A stretch of 64,000 nt of DNA from Octopus vulgaris (taxonomy: Eukaryota), in contig OX597814.1 of the NCBI GenBank assembly GCA_951406725.2, positions 163,556,001-163,620,000 of the forward strand, given 5' to 3'. Below, one piece after another: positions 1 through 12,682 of the stretch. The notes under the pieces were generated by a model. That model was not told the DNA's origin. It did no database searches and was given only the letters and a program-made list of their open reading frames with translations. Within the stretch, counting starts at the first letter, position 1. Each line of letters begins with the position of its first letter. The position numbers and the translations under genes were made by a program.

Positions 1-158
1 TACTTTTTGAGTTCAAATCCCACTGGAATCAGTTTTTTCCTTTTGTCTTTTTGGGTTAAGTAAAATAAAGTACCAGTCAAGTGCTGGGGTCAATGTAATC
101 ACTCTTCAGAATTGTTGGCTTTGTGCCTCAATCAAAAAACCATTATTGTTGATGTTCG

Positions 159-1927
159 TCATCATTATCATCATCGTTTAGCGTCTGCTTTCCATGCTGG
201 CAGGGGCTGGACGATTTGACAGAGGGCTGGTGAGCCAGAAGGCTGCACCAGGCTCCAATATGATCTGGCAGAGTTTCTACAGCTGGATGCTCTTTTTACT
301 GCCGACCACTCCAAGAGTGTAGTGGGTGCTTTTTATGTGCCACTGGCATGAGGGCCAGTCAGGCAGTACTGACATCGGCCACACTCAAATGGTGCTTTTT
401 ATATTCCACTGGCACAGGAGTCAGTCAGGCGGCACTGGCAACGACTACGCTCAAATGGTATTTTTTACGTGCCACCAGCACAGGAGCCAGTCTAGTGACA
501 CTGGTAATGATCACACTCAAATGCTGCTTTTTGCATGCCACTGGCATGGGACCCAGTCAGGTGGCACTGGCAACGATCATGCTCAAATGGTGATTTTGAC
601 ATGCCACTGGCACGGGTGCCAATCAGGCGGTACTGTCATCATGACAACAATTTCACTTGGCTCGACAGGTCTTTGCAAGCGCAGATTATTGCCCAACAAT
701 TAAAGGGTATTCTTAAATGGGCTGGTTATGCTGCACTGGCTTAGACCACAGTTATGGCCTCACTTGGCTTGCCAGGTTTTCGCAAGCACAGCATATCTCC
801 AAAGGTCTCAGTCACTTGTCATTGCCTCGGTGAGGCCCAATGTTTGAAGTTTGTGCTTCATCACCTCATCCCAGTCTTCCTGGGTCTACCTCTTTCATAG
901 GTTCCCTCTGCTAGAGTGTGACACTTTTTCACAAAGCTGTTCTCATCCATTCACAACACATGACCACACCAGCGCAGTCGTCTCTCTTGCACACCACATC
1001 TGATGCTTCTTAAGTTCAACTTTTCTCTCAGGGTGCTTACTCTCTGTCGTGTATGCACACTAACATTATACATTCAGCAGAGCATATTGGATTTATTCCT
1101 TGCAAGCTTACACTTGTCCTCAGCAGTCACAGCCCATGTTTCACTGCCATGTAGCATAGCTGTTTGCACACATGCATCATACAGTCTACCTTTTACTCTG
1201 AGCAAGAGGCCCTTTGTCGCCAGCAGAGGTAGAAACTCTCTGAACTTTGCCCAGGCTATTCTTATTCTAGCAGCTACACTCTCAGAGCACCCACCCCTGC
1301 TACTGACTTAGTCACCTAGGTAACAGAAGCTATCAACTACTTGTAGCTTTTCTCCCTGGAATGTGATGGAAGCTGTTTTCTGCACATTTTCTGTGCTTAT
1401 TGCACCTGAGCATTTGCCACACACAAAAACTACCTTCCCAGTTAACCTTCCTATGATATTGCTGCACCTCTTATGTATCCATAGCTTACACAAGGTACAT
1501 CTTATGGAGTTTCCACCTACGCCTTTTCTACAGATCGAGCAGGGCCATCTATCTGAAGGGATTTGTGGTTTGTCTGCCTTCCTACTTATGAAGACTTTGG
1601 TTTTTTGCTAAGTTGACTCTAAGGCCCTTCGATTCTAGACCTTGCTTCCACACCTGAAACTTATCCTCTAGTTCTGATAGTGACTCAGCTATTAGAGCAA
1701 GGTCATCAGCATAGAGAAGCTCCCAGGGACATCCTGTCTTGAATCCCTTTGTTATTGCCTGGAATACTATGATGAATAAGAGGAGACTGAACCTTGGTGG
1801 ACCTCTACCCCTACCTCAAATTCTTCACTGTACTCGTTTCCAAACCTCATCTTACTGACAGCATCCCTGTACATGGCTTGTACAGCTCTCACTAACCACT
1901 CATCTATCTCTAGTTTCCTCATTGACC
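159..1927 (-). mobile_element. 5'-truncated RTE-clade LINE (decayed RT C-terminal half, 3' UTR, (GAT)n tail)
   Basis: Minus-strand RT remnants (LLYADDL region near 1700; CKLWIHKRCS; VDSFCYLGD); same family as 19215-20340 and 43790-44399. Confidence 0.85.
326..640. repeat. 66-bp tandem repeat (about 5 units) in RTE 3' UTR
   Basis: Unit starts at 326, 392, 458, 524, 590; each holds a GTGCC-acy-GGCAC hairpin. Confidence 0.85.
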
Positions 1928-2148
1928 AATTTTTTTTCCAAGATAAGAGTAATAAAGACGAATAGAGTCAATGAATTGTTCAGTTAAATGCAATATATAT
2001 ATAGTTCAGATTCTAGAAGGGCCACATTCCCATTGATTTCCGTATAAATGATAAACTTAGAATCAATAATAGATTGATCTTTGACCTTAGCTGGCAGCCA
2101 TAAGTATTACTTTCATGCTTAATTGTGTAAATCGGTATAATTTTTGTT

Positions 2149-2929
2149 TTTAACTCTTTTTTTTTTTTTGCATTTAAACCAGCCATATCAAACTCAAATA
2201 TTCTGCCTGCTTTATGTTCAAACCTTTCAGTTCTACCTTACAATGTCATTCTAAATATAAACAATCACATCATCATAATCTCAAAACTATTGGGTTGTCC
2301 GGAAAGTTCGTGCTGATTTTTAAAGGAAAGAAAATGGTCAATAAATACTTGCCATTACATTTTTAATCAACCAAATATGAACCATTTTGTTGTACAATGC
2401 GTCTCTATCTTTCCTTTAACTTGAAAATACCCTCTTCCCAGAATTGTGGTGGTTTCATGGCAAAGAATTCATCAAGGTATCTTTTTATGTTATCCAAGGA
2501 ATTGAAATTTTTACAATTAAGACTATTCTGAAGAGGCCTGAATAAGTGGAAATCTGAAGGAGCAATATCTGGTGAATATGGAGGGTGGGGTAACACATCC
2601 CAGTGGAGCTGCAGCAATTTTTGTCTGGTTCCCAAATCATCAAGTGCCAAAAATGAACTTTCTTATCTTCCATTTTAAAGGGTTACAAAATTAACACAGG
2701 TTATAGGAACATAAACCATCTTCCATGAAAAGATGTGCTCTAAATGGAGGTGTAGTCAAATCCTATTTTATGGACTCAACCATGTTCTAAAGTAAGTCGA
2801 AAGGTAAGCTACTATAAATCAGCACGAACTTTCTGGACAACCCAATACAAGATAACGCATGATTACTTCAAAACTCGTGAATAAATAAGTATTATATTCA
2901 ACAGAGTAATCTCGATGCTAAACAGATAA
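2149..2929. mobile_element. decayed TTAA-type (piggyBac-like) MITE interrupted by the mariner; other copies at about 34424-34643 and 43465-43610
   Basis: Joined flanks of the mariner match the reverse complement of the 34424-34643 copy (ends ttaactttaagcatt...aatgctaaagggtttaa). Confidence 0.65.
2290..2845 (-). mobile_element. internally deleted mariner (556 bp)
   Basis: 30-bp TIRs ttgggttgtcc(g/a)gaaagttcgtgctgattt, TA on both sides; N-terminus MEDKKVHF joined to C-terminal HPPYSPDIAPSDFHLF. Confidence 0.93.
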
Positions 2930-2945
2930 TGTTGTCTTTCACTAG

Positions 2946-3161
2946 ATCTAGCTCCAAGGTATCAAGATTGCATGAAGAATATTCTGAATATCTCAGTTCT
3001 CAACAAGAACTGATGCGAAAACTTGAAGAGGCTAATAAATACCCAAAGAATATTGCTGTGTCAACAGAAATTACTAGCTTACGAGAATCCTTTTTGAGTG
3101 CCAGCAACAAATATGCGGAAGTAAAAGAACGTTTACTTCATTATGAATTCAAAATAGAATG
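2946..3161 (+). CDS. CCDC146: CCDC146 exon (window exon 1), SSSKVSRLHEE...HYEFKIE
   Basis: ctttcactag acceptor, TG|gtaaag donor, phase 2 to 2. Confidence 0.88.
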
Positions 3162-3733
3162 GTAAAGTAGTTTATGTTCTTTTTTTTCTTTCTTCTTTCT
3201 TTATTTTTTGCTTATTGGTTTTGTTAGGGGAGAGGACAGTAGCAATAACCTTTTTTCAGGGCTACCAAGTTGGTACTGTTTGGCACTTGGATCATAAGAA
3301 TATGAAAAACCTTCCATCATGGAAAAGTGAATAGCTAATTGAAACCATTTTGAAGGGAAAATCAGACTTTTTTTTTGTTGGTTTTGTTAATAGTTTGGAG
3401 AAAGAAAATAAAGAAAAACAAACCCTATATTTCTTTTCAACACCTATGTATGTATGTATGTATGTATGTATGTATGTATGTATGTATGTATGTATGTATG
3501 TATGTATCCTTTTTACAGGAATATGTGCTCACATAAGTGTCAAGGGGGTACGGATAAAAGGATATTGCACCATTCTTTGATATTTATTTTCTTGCTATGA
3601 TTTATTTTCTTACATGAGTTATCTTAGTTTCTCATTACTTTTATCTATTTTTATTTAAAATATATCTTTTATTTAATTAAGTTTTCAATATTATTAATAT
3701 AGTTGTTTCATTTTATTAACATTCTTAATATAG

Positions 3734-3791
3734 TTTGACTGAAGAGAAAACGGTTTTACTAAGGGAAGTCACCAAACAACCAAAACCAGGG
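3734..3791 (+). CDS. CCDC146: CCDC146 exon 2, LTEEKTVLLREVTKQPKPG
   Basis: tatag acceptor, GGG|gtgagt donor, phase 2 to 0; resembles human LKEEKIIIVKEFEKITKPG. Confidence 0.9.
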
Positions 3792-4707
3792 GTGAGTTTT
3801 ATTTATTGCCATTTGTTATTCATTTAATAAGCAAACATTATTGTTTTAAAATTTGCATATAAAATTCTGAAATGAACCTTTAAAGTCTTAAAGCACTTTT
3901 TTAACTCGTATTTATTTTTAAAGCATTGAATGAGAACACGGCAATGTAGTCTCTAATCTCACCTTAATTTTTTTTTAAAAAAGGTGTTTTTGTGCCCTAT
4001 TTTGCATATTGGGTTCCACCAAATCTATACTTTATATATGCTTCCTATGGCTGGATGCCCTTCGCTAACATTCACTACTCTACAAAATGTATTGGGTGCC
4101 TTTTTCTCATGGTACCAGCACAGGTGAGATCACCATGCAACACACATTACAAAAATCCCCTTCACCAGAGTGGGGCTACATGAGAGAGAGAGAGGGGGGA
4201 GGGAGGGGCAGCTTTATGCTAGTAGATTATGTTAAAGTATGAAAGAAAGGATGAGAATAGAACAGGTTTCTTTTTGTAGAGGAACTTCATAGTTACTCAT
4301 ATTATAAAAAAAGTGAATGGGAATAATGGGGTAGAGTTGGTTTCCTCATGAAATTCAGCATTACCAACCTCAACCTCCTCAGCATCAGCCTCAAATTCAT
4401 TATCGTTGACTGCCTGAAATTTGGCATTGTCAGCCTCCATTTCAGTATCATCAGTCTTGATTACATTGTTGCCTATTATGATTTCTTCATTGTCAACTTC
4501 AGTTTTGCTATAGTCAACTTAAATGGCATCACTGTTGGAGAAAGGGAATTTTTTTAGGAACAGACATTGACATCAGTGATTACTCATTGTTGAACGGTAA
4601 AAGAATATAGAAATTAAAAGTTTCATAAATGATTGCAAGTTTTGTATAATAAAAATCGTTGCATCTTACATTTTTGTAAAGACACATAGATTCAGTATGT
4701 TAGATGT

Positions 4708-5136
4708 TGTGGGATGACGTCAGCAGCTGGGTGCGTTGACCGGAAGCTGGGGCAATCAGAAGGAGCAGCCGTCAGGTGTGCGCAGGCAGCGGTGAATTGG
4801 GCCTTTCCAATGTGGGTCGTCCAGGTGTCAAGACATGTGAGGACGTCACTAAGGTTTGGGTGAGCAGCTGCTATCTTTAGTGTTCGGGTCGGGGCTGTGT
4901 TGAAGGATTAGTTATCACTGAAGGGTCTCCATCGTGAGGAAGAGAAGGTAGGTGCCTTTATATTTGAATCGCGCACACACCACAAGCTATTTCAGCAATT
5001 CTTAAACATTTACATTTCAACACGATGTCTGCAAAAATTAGGATCGCCAGCGACGTCGTCAGACCTTTTAATGGTGAAGGCGATGTAGTGGCCTGGATTC
5101 GCAAAATCAGGCTGGTGGCAAGACTGACACACCACA
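4708..5136 (+). mobile_element. collapsed Gypsy-type LTR retrotransposon: 277-bp LTR, gag start, last 10 nt of 3' LTR
   Basis: TGTGG...CCACA termini (4708-4984); gag MSAKIRIASDVVRPFNGEGDVVAWIRKIRLVARL (5025-5126); 5-bp TSD GATGT at 4703-4707 and 5137-5141. Confidence 0.85.
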
Positions 5137-5663
5137 GATGTAAAACTACAGACTGTATTATATACATATAACATGACAAAAACAAAAATAAATAACCCCA
5201 GTTTAATCTTGTATTCCTTACTCCTGTTTCTTAAACTCTCTCAGAATATTTCTAAAAAAATCCAACACCATCATCGTTGGTCATCAAAGTCAGCCTAACA
5301 TCAATTAATATATTTGTGTAAATACAAGGCCTGAAATTTGGGGGAGGGTTAAGTCGATTACATCGACCTCAGTCCTCAACTGGTACTTAATTTATCTGGA
5401 CTGGCTCCTATGCAGTTGGCACATAAAAGAACGCCATTTGAGCTTGATCATTGCCAGTACTGCCTGAGTGGCCCTTGTGCCAGCGGCATGTAAAAGCATC
5501 CATTACACTCTTGGAGTGGTTGGCATTAGGAAGGGCATCCAGCTGTTTAAACTCTGCCAAATCAGATTGGAGCCTGGTGCAGCCATCTGGTTCGCCAGTC
5601 CTCAGTCAAACCGTCCAACTCATGCCAGCATGGAAAGCGGACATTAAATAATGATGATGATGA

Positions 5664-5704
<41 letters not shown>

Positions 5705-6214
5705 TATATATATATGTATATGTATGTATATATATGCATATATATGTATGTGTTTGTTTGACCCCCATTATTACTTGACAACTGATGTTGATGTGCTTAC
5801 GTCCCCATTACTTAGCAGCTTAGCAAAAGCGACCAATAGAATAAAAAATAAGTTCTGGCTAAAACAAGTACTGGAGTTGATGATTCATTTGACTAAAAAT
5901 TCTTCAGGGTGGTATTTATGCAAATATATCAATGCGATAGTATCACTGTAAAACTTAGCGCAGTGGTTAGACCATACTTTGTTTTAGTAGTTAGACAGGA
6001 AGAAAGAACCACATAATTTCACTGCTCTGCTGTAAAATCAGCTAAACTTGCTGTTCCAAGTTTTTGAAAACCCTGTCTGCTAATCACAATACTTTATAGT
6101 AATAATAAATATCTTTCAGAATTGTTGATGTTTTTTCTCCTCCTCTTTGTATTTCTCAAATACAGAAAATCTTGCCGCTCACAATATAGAAACATTTCTC
6201 ATGGCACCTTGATA

Positions 6215-7143
6215 TAAAAAGGATAGATCCTGAGTACTGTAGATATTTCCTGCAATCGGACCTGTACACAATGCAGCAAGGGATCACGGTCTGGCAACTC
6301 AAGCTAGCTGTGGACAAGTGTACCACCATGCATTTTGGGAGGAAAAACCCAGTGTCCACATACTCCCTCCACAATGTTAATATCAAGAAGTCTTCTTGTG
6401 AATGTGACCTGGGCATTACTGTCAGCAGCGATTTGTGCTGGAAAAAGCACATCTCTAAAATTGTCAAGAAGGTCAAGGGTGTCTTGGCATCACTCAGTAA
6501 GATCTTTGTCAGCCGCTCTCCAGCTATCTAAGGCTGTATATAGCTATAGTGTGGCCACACTTAGAACTTACATCACCAGTCTGGAACCCCTATCTTGCTC
6601 AGAGCATTGACCTCCTGGAAACTGTTCAGAGACATGCAACCAAGCAAACACTCTCCATCAGGCATCTACCATACTTTGAATGCCTTGCTTCCCTGGGCAT
6701 GGATTCATTGAAGGTCTGAGTTCTGGCAGCTGATTTGGTAAACACCTACAAAATTATTAACCATTGTGCCAACAACAACCTTGAGCACCTATTTGAATTC
6801 CATGTGTCTAATACATGTGGGCATGCCTACAAAGTCAGAAAACAGTACAGCTCCCATGACTTTCGGAAACATTTTTTCACACTCAGAGTTACTGAAACAT
6901 TGAACAAATTATCTGCATTAGCTGTTAGCTGCCATAACTTTGCATCCTTTAAAACCTCCATGCTTCCTGAAATTTGCCAACATTGCACTTGATATCTCCC
7001 ACTCCATACACATGCACTCATGTATATCATGACTTATACCCTATACACTTTCCTGACATTTGTACATAATTCTATGTACCATGCATGCACTTTTGATAAG
7101 TTGTAGTGCACCTGAGCACTGTACACAATAATTTCATTATTAT
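6215..7143 (+). mobile_element. decayed CR1-type LINE 3' end
   Basis: Frameshifted RT C-terminus (KCTTMHFG, DLGITV, FFTLRV) and 3' UTR ending gcacctgagcactgtacacaataatttcattattat. Confidence 0.85.
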
Positions 7144-7984
7144 CATTTTAAAATGGAAAAGGTGAGATTATATACATGTATATAGAACTCCAAGTACATA
7201 ACTACATTGTAGTGGTACTCTAGTAATTTAGAGTAGTAATAGTACAAGGATACCCTGCATTATGATAATTCTAGTAATGGTTGTGGAAGTTGTATTTTTT
7301 TCTGAAAAAGTTCATAGAAATGCATCACCCTTTATAACATGGAAGTCAGGATAAAAACAAGTTTGCATTGTAGAATTCTCCATGTTATGGCGAAGCTTTA
7401 AAAATGTAATTCTTCCCCAGTACAGTGAGACTGCAATATTTCGTACAGATAATTAGGACTTCAGCCAAGTAACTTCAACTTGTGAGAATATTCTATTCAC
7501 TGAAACACATTTGTGTATTTTTATTGGTTTAACTTAAGTGGTAATATATAAAAACAATGTGATTAATTTGAGTGTTTTGGGGGGTTTTTTTTTATGAAAG
7601 AAAACTTGTCAAAACAATTACAATAGTTCTAATCATTGAATTAATATTTTCTTTCTTTCACTGTATAACTTCTAATTAGAAATATGAAAGAAAAGCCTGT
7701 ATGTTTCTGTGAGTTTGGATCTCAGAAGAAATGTTTTTTTTGTTTTCTTTTTTTGTTACTGATAGTTAATCCCAACAATGTAATTTTTTTAGCTGAAGTG
7801 AGACTAATTTTCAAATGAATTTACTTAAATATTGTATTGTACACAATGACACAATACATTGTCTGAGGTTGTTTGGATTCAAGATCTTTGAGTTTGAAGT
7901 AAAGCAAGTTAACCACTATCTATCACCCATCTTAAATTAATAATCAAATATAGTTTAATAATTTTTTTTATGCTTTTAAAACAG

Positions 7985-8161
7985 GAAGTTCAAGCAAAGC
8001 TAAAAGATCTTCAGAAATATATTGAAGATTTAAAGAAAGATACCCAACAAACTCGCGTTGATTCAAAACAGCTTCTAGAAGAGAAATCTGAGAAGATCAC
8101 TTTGCAAGAACAGGAGGTTGAAGAGTGTAACCTGCTAAAAGAAAAGCTTGGAAATATACAG
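7985..8161 (+). CDS. CCDC146: CCDC146 exon 3, EVQAKLKD...KLGNIQ
   Basis: aacag acceptor, weak CAG|gttgtt donor, 177 nt, phase 0 to 0. Confidence 0.88.
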
Positions 8162-8228
8162 GTTGTTTCTTCTATATTAATTTTTTCTGTTGGCTCTCAA
8201 TTTCAAGCTTTTGAATTTCTATATCCAA

Positions 8229-9010
8229 GTGCAGGTGTGGCTGTGTGGTAAGAAGCTTGTTTCCCAACCACATGGTTCAGGGTTCAGTCCCACTATGTGG
8301 AACCTTGAGCTAGTGTCTTCTACTATAGCTCTAGGCTAATCAAAGCCTTGTGAGTAGATTTGGTTGACAGAAACTGAAAGAAGCCCATTGTGTGTGTGTG
8401 TATATGTAAAAAGCACCCACTACACTCACGGAATGGTTGGCGTTAGGAAGGGCATCCAGCCGTAGAAACACTGCCAGATTTGACTGGACCTGATGAAGCC
8501 TCCTGGCTTCACAGACCCCAGTAGAACCGTCCAACCCATGCTAGCATGGAAAACGGACGCTAAACGATGATGATGATGATGATGATATATATATATCATC
8601 ATATATATATATATATATATGTATAGAAGCTCTGCCACATCAGATTGGAGCCTGGTGCAGCCATCTGGTTCACCATTCCTCAGTCAAATCGTCCAACCCA
8701 TGCTAGCATGGAAAGCAGACGTTAAATGATGATGACATATATATATATATATATATACATATACATATGTGTGTATGTGTGCGTGCATGTTTATCTTTGT
8801 ATCTATGTTTGTTCCTCTCACCACTACTTGACAACTTGTGCTGGTGTGTTTACATCCCCATAACTTAGTGGTTCAGATAAAGAGACTGATAGAGTAAATA
8901 CCAAGCTTTAAAAAAATAAGCACTGGGGTTGATATATTTGATTAAAATTTCTAGGCAGTACCCCAGCATGGCCACAGTCAAATGACTGAAACAAGTAGAA
9001 GATAAAAGAT
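8229..9010 (+). mobile_element. tRNA-derived CORE-type SINE with two RTE 3' tails inserted in its internal microsatellite
   Basis: A/B boxes, accttgagctagt core, collinear with copy at 23677; inserts at about 8407-8585 and 8620-8735. Confidence 0.8.
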
Positions 9011-9184
9011 AATTGATGAATTCTTTCTAAGTTGAAAAGCTGATAAGTAAAGAATGAAGATGGTGTTATATCTTATTTAAATTAGCTGTTTCCAATTACC
9101 ACTTCATAAAGTACATTAACCTTGTAAACTTTTAATCATATTTATTTAAGTATTTGGAAGCAATGAAAAGGTAAGAATATGACA

Positions 9185-9594
9185 CTTGAGCCCTGTGCTA
9201 GTAGGGTACTAAGAGCACCATCCGAGCGTGATCGTTGCCAGAGTGACTAACTGGCTTCCGTGCCGGTGGCATGTAAAAGGTACCATTCAAGCGTGATCAT
9301 TACCAGCATCGCCTTACTGGCACCTGTGCCATGTAAAAAGGTGACATGTGTAAAATGATTCAAGCGAGGTTGTTGCCAGTACCACCTGACTGGCCCCCGT
9401 GCCGGTGGCACGTAAAAGCACCCACTACACTCTCGGAGTGGTTGGCGTTAGGAAGGTCATCCAGCTGTAGAAACTCTGCCAGATCAAAATTGGAGCCTGG
9501 TGCAGCCATCCGGTTCGCCAGCCCTCAGTCAAATCGTCCAACCCAAGCTAGCATGGAAAGCGGATCTTAAACAAAGATGGTGATGATGATGATG
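9185..9594 (+). mobile_element. RTE 3' UTR/tail fragment (others at about 5400-5665, 20868-21120, 30115-30338, 45010-45335, 51805-52223 on +, and 9810-10130, 29450-29790, 37745-38108 on -)
   Basis: Shared aaaagcacccactacactc...gggcatccagctgtagaaac...ccaacccatgctagcatggaaa...(GAT)n terminus. Confidence 0.8.
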
Positions 9595-10414
9595 ACACAC
9601 TTAATGAATGGATACAAAGCTGCTGGCAATGAAGGATGAAGAACATCCCATAACAAAGTGTGCTACAGTTTCATATTAGTATCTAAATTAGTTGATATTC
9701 AGATCACTAAATGTTCAAATAAACTTGTAGTTGAAAAGTTTATTTCCAAAATTAATGAGCAGAAACATTGATTTTAATATGTAAATGAACCATCTTAGTA
9801 TATATTATTATCATTGTCATCATCATTTAACGTCTGTCTTCCATGCATGCATGGGTATGATGGTTGACAAGAGCCAGCCAGATAGAAGACTACCCCAGGT
9901 TACTGTGTCTGTTTTGGCAGGGTTTTATGGCTGGATGCCCTTCCTAACACCAATCACCCATCCAGCAGAGTGGACTCAGTGGTTTTTACATGGCACTGGC
10001 ACAGGCAACGTCAGTTTTGGCATGATTTTTACAACTGGATGCCCTTCCAAATGCCAACCACTTTAGATTGTGGATTGGATGCTTTTTACGAGGCACCAGG
10101 GTCATCAAGTAACTTGCAAGACAAGACAAGGAATTTTGAGAGGGGTGGGGGCATTGGAGGAGGGGATCTTGTGTCAGATGATGAAGGATTAGAGTGTAAC
10201 AGAGAGGCAGAGAGGCAGAAATATATATTACAATTATTGACAGAAAAAAATAAGCTCAAAAATTAATATTCACTAACGAGATTAAGAGTTTAGTCAATGT
10301 CATCTATTAAAAATTACTAGGGATGTCTAAGCATTTTATAGAAAAGAAAGTTTCTTAGAATATACAATTCCTCATTGCTTATTTTTTGTCTTTGATTTCA
10401 TTACAATCACACAG

Positions 10415-10488
10415 ATGGAGCTTTATCAAATAGCATCTGAACCAAATCAAATTGCAAAAGAAGCAGATAAGATATCCAGAAAGATACA
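10415..10488 (+). CDS. CCDC146: CCDC146 exon 4, MELYQIASEPNQIAKEADKISRKI
   Basis: cacag acceptor, CA|gtaagt donor, phase 0 to 2. Confidence 0.9.
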
Positions 10489-11122
10489 GTAAGTATATTT
10501 GGAATTTAAGGAGGTAGAATTGGAAAGTTTCAGTAGGGCATGCTAGTAAGTATTTGTCCACAAGTAGAAACATTTGTTTCTTGTAGTTTATCATCAGTAT
10601 TGGTCCTGTAGCTATACATTGTCTAATAAACAGTGCTTTATGTAGTTTTTACAACAGAACAGTATTGATTTCTTCATTTGGCTCAAGGCCACAAATTTAG
10701 GGTGGATTGATTAATATCATAAAAAGGGAATGCAAAATGACAGCAATGATGATGATGATGATGACCCACTCTTCCCCATAGAAGGAAAGGCATAGTTGAT
10801 CATGGCAAGATTTGAACTCAGAATGTAAAGGGATATAACTAAATACCAGAAGGTATTTTGTTTGATACTAAAAATTCTGCCAATCTACCAAGATGTGGTC
10901 ATGATAGGCAATTTCCCCCAGTGTTATGTTCTGTGTTAAAAAGTAAGCTCATTATTAAATATGCCAAAATTTAATGTTATCACTATTTTTTTTTTACACA
11001 ACTACAAGATTTAAGAATTGTACAAGTTTTCTTTCTTAGTATGTCCCCTCCACATAGTGGTGCAGAAACAATTAATGGGATTGCAATGTGGACACTCCAT
11101 TATTGGTCCCTTCAAAGAAGCC

Positions 11123-11126
<4 letters not shown>

Positions 11127-11186
<60 letters not shown>

Positions 11187-11194
11187 GAGAGAGA
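11127..11194. repeat. (GA)n microsatellite
   Basis: Direct. Confidence 0.95.
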
Positions 11195-12304
11195 TGGCTT
11201 AAGAATTTGACTGGTACATTATTAACCTGGAACAGATGAAAGACAAAAGTTGGCTCTTAAGCAAGATTTGAGAGTGCAGAGAACTGAAAGAAATGCTACA
11301 AGGCATTCTATCCAACAACCTAACCATAACCCTGCCAGTTTGCTTTGCTGCTTTTTAATTGTATAATGAAACAGATGCATGTAGAGTTGAGTTAATCAGG
11401 GTATTTGAAATCTTCACACATCCACAGGACCACAGGTCTATAGAACCCACAGAATAAATTCTGGGTTTTTTCTATCTTTTGTTTCTGCAGTGTTAAATAG
11501 TCGAGAGTGAAACCATCTAGGACGCCATTCTTATGGAAACTTGCTTTAAAATTTAGGATTTAAATATGTCATACTCATTTCAAAAGCAATAAATTTATCT
11601 GCTAAACTGAATAGACGAAGCAACTGCACAGATTTCTTTTGGATTGTGCAAGAGTTTGTGATGCACTTAGAGATACAAAAAACACTAGCTGTGCAAAGCC
11701 ATCACACAGTCATAGTACCTTATATGTTGGTAGTAAGATTACATTCAAATTTTTTTAAACAACACTGTTTCTATCTCTCCCTCTCCTTTTGTATTCTAAC
11801 AAACTTATCTGCTCACTTACCCTATCCTATTGTCTGTACTACTTTACTCTTATTCACCTCTCTGTAACTTGGGAATAGGTCCCAACACATCTGCACCATC
11901 TCCCCCTTCTTTCTTTCTCTTTCTCCTCTCTTCTTACTGGATTTAGCCATGTATCTCTTCTACAGCAAGATACCTGTTTCTCTCTATCGTACTTTAAACT
12001 CTCATCACCTGGCACAAGCCACCTCCCTCGATACTACTCCCCACTTCAGGTGAGGGGTCTTGTCTTGCAAGTTACCTGGTGATCTTGCTGGTGCTGGTGT
12101 CACATGAAAAGTACTCAGTGCACTCTGTAAAGTGGTTGGCATTAGGAAAAGCATTCAGTTGTAGAAACCATGCCAAAGCAGATAGTGGAGCATGGAAAAC
12201 AGATGTTAAAAGGTGATGAAGATGGTAATGAAGATATTTTATTATAAAATGAGTATAACATCAGAATTGTTAAATTTGGTTATAAAAAGCATTAACAAAT
12301 GGTA

Positions 12305-12682
12305 GGCTTATCATCTTCCAGGGATATTCTTCTGATTTAAAGTACCAATGCCACTCAAAACATTGCGTACAACCCATTGCCCCATTGCCCTAATCTTGCC
12401 AAAGTATGCTCAATGTCTCTGTAGCAGACTTCCCAAGTTTAGCACAAAATTTCACATTGGCGCTTCATTCAAACTTCCTGACCATGACCAAAAGCACAGA
12501 CTACAGCATAAATGTGATCACAAAAACACAAATTTCACAAATTGCGAAATAAACACAGCAATATCACTAGGCACACTTCTTTATGAAGGTCACTGCTAGC
12601 TGTCATTGTGCAGACAACTGTATACTGCCATATGTTAGTGCATTTCAGAACAAGTCCAGAAACTTTTTGATACCACCTTGTA
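12305..12682 (-). mobile_element. deleted mariner remnant
   Basis: End reads tacaaggtggtatcaaaaagtttctggact on minus, a mariner-type TIR; N-terminal KFCAKLGKSATET remnant. Confidence 0.65.

Noticed and set aside
326-703. Repetitive 125-aa ORF / CRISPR-like periodicity
   Set aside because: Whole 66-bp units are homologous (no unique spacers), they belong to an RTE 3' UTR, and there are no cas genes.
1930-1990. Possible additional upstream CCDC146 exon
   Set aside because: The frame after ttccaag ends in a stop and shows no similarity to the expected segment.
8490-8520. CTGATGA hammerhead-like core (also near 52120)
   Set aside because: No GAAA after stem II; it is a variant of the RTE tail hairpin.
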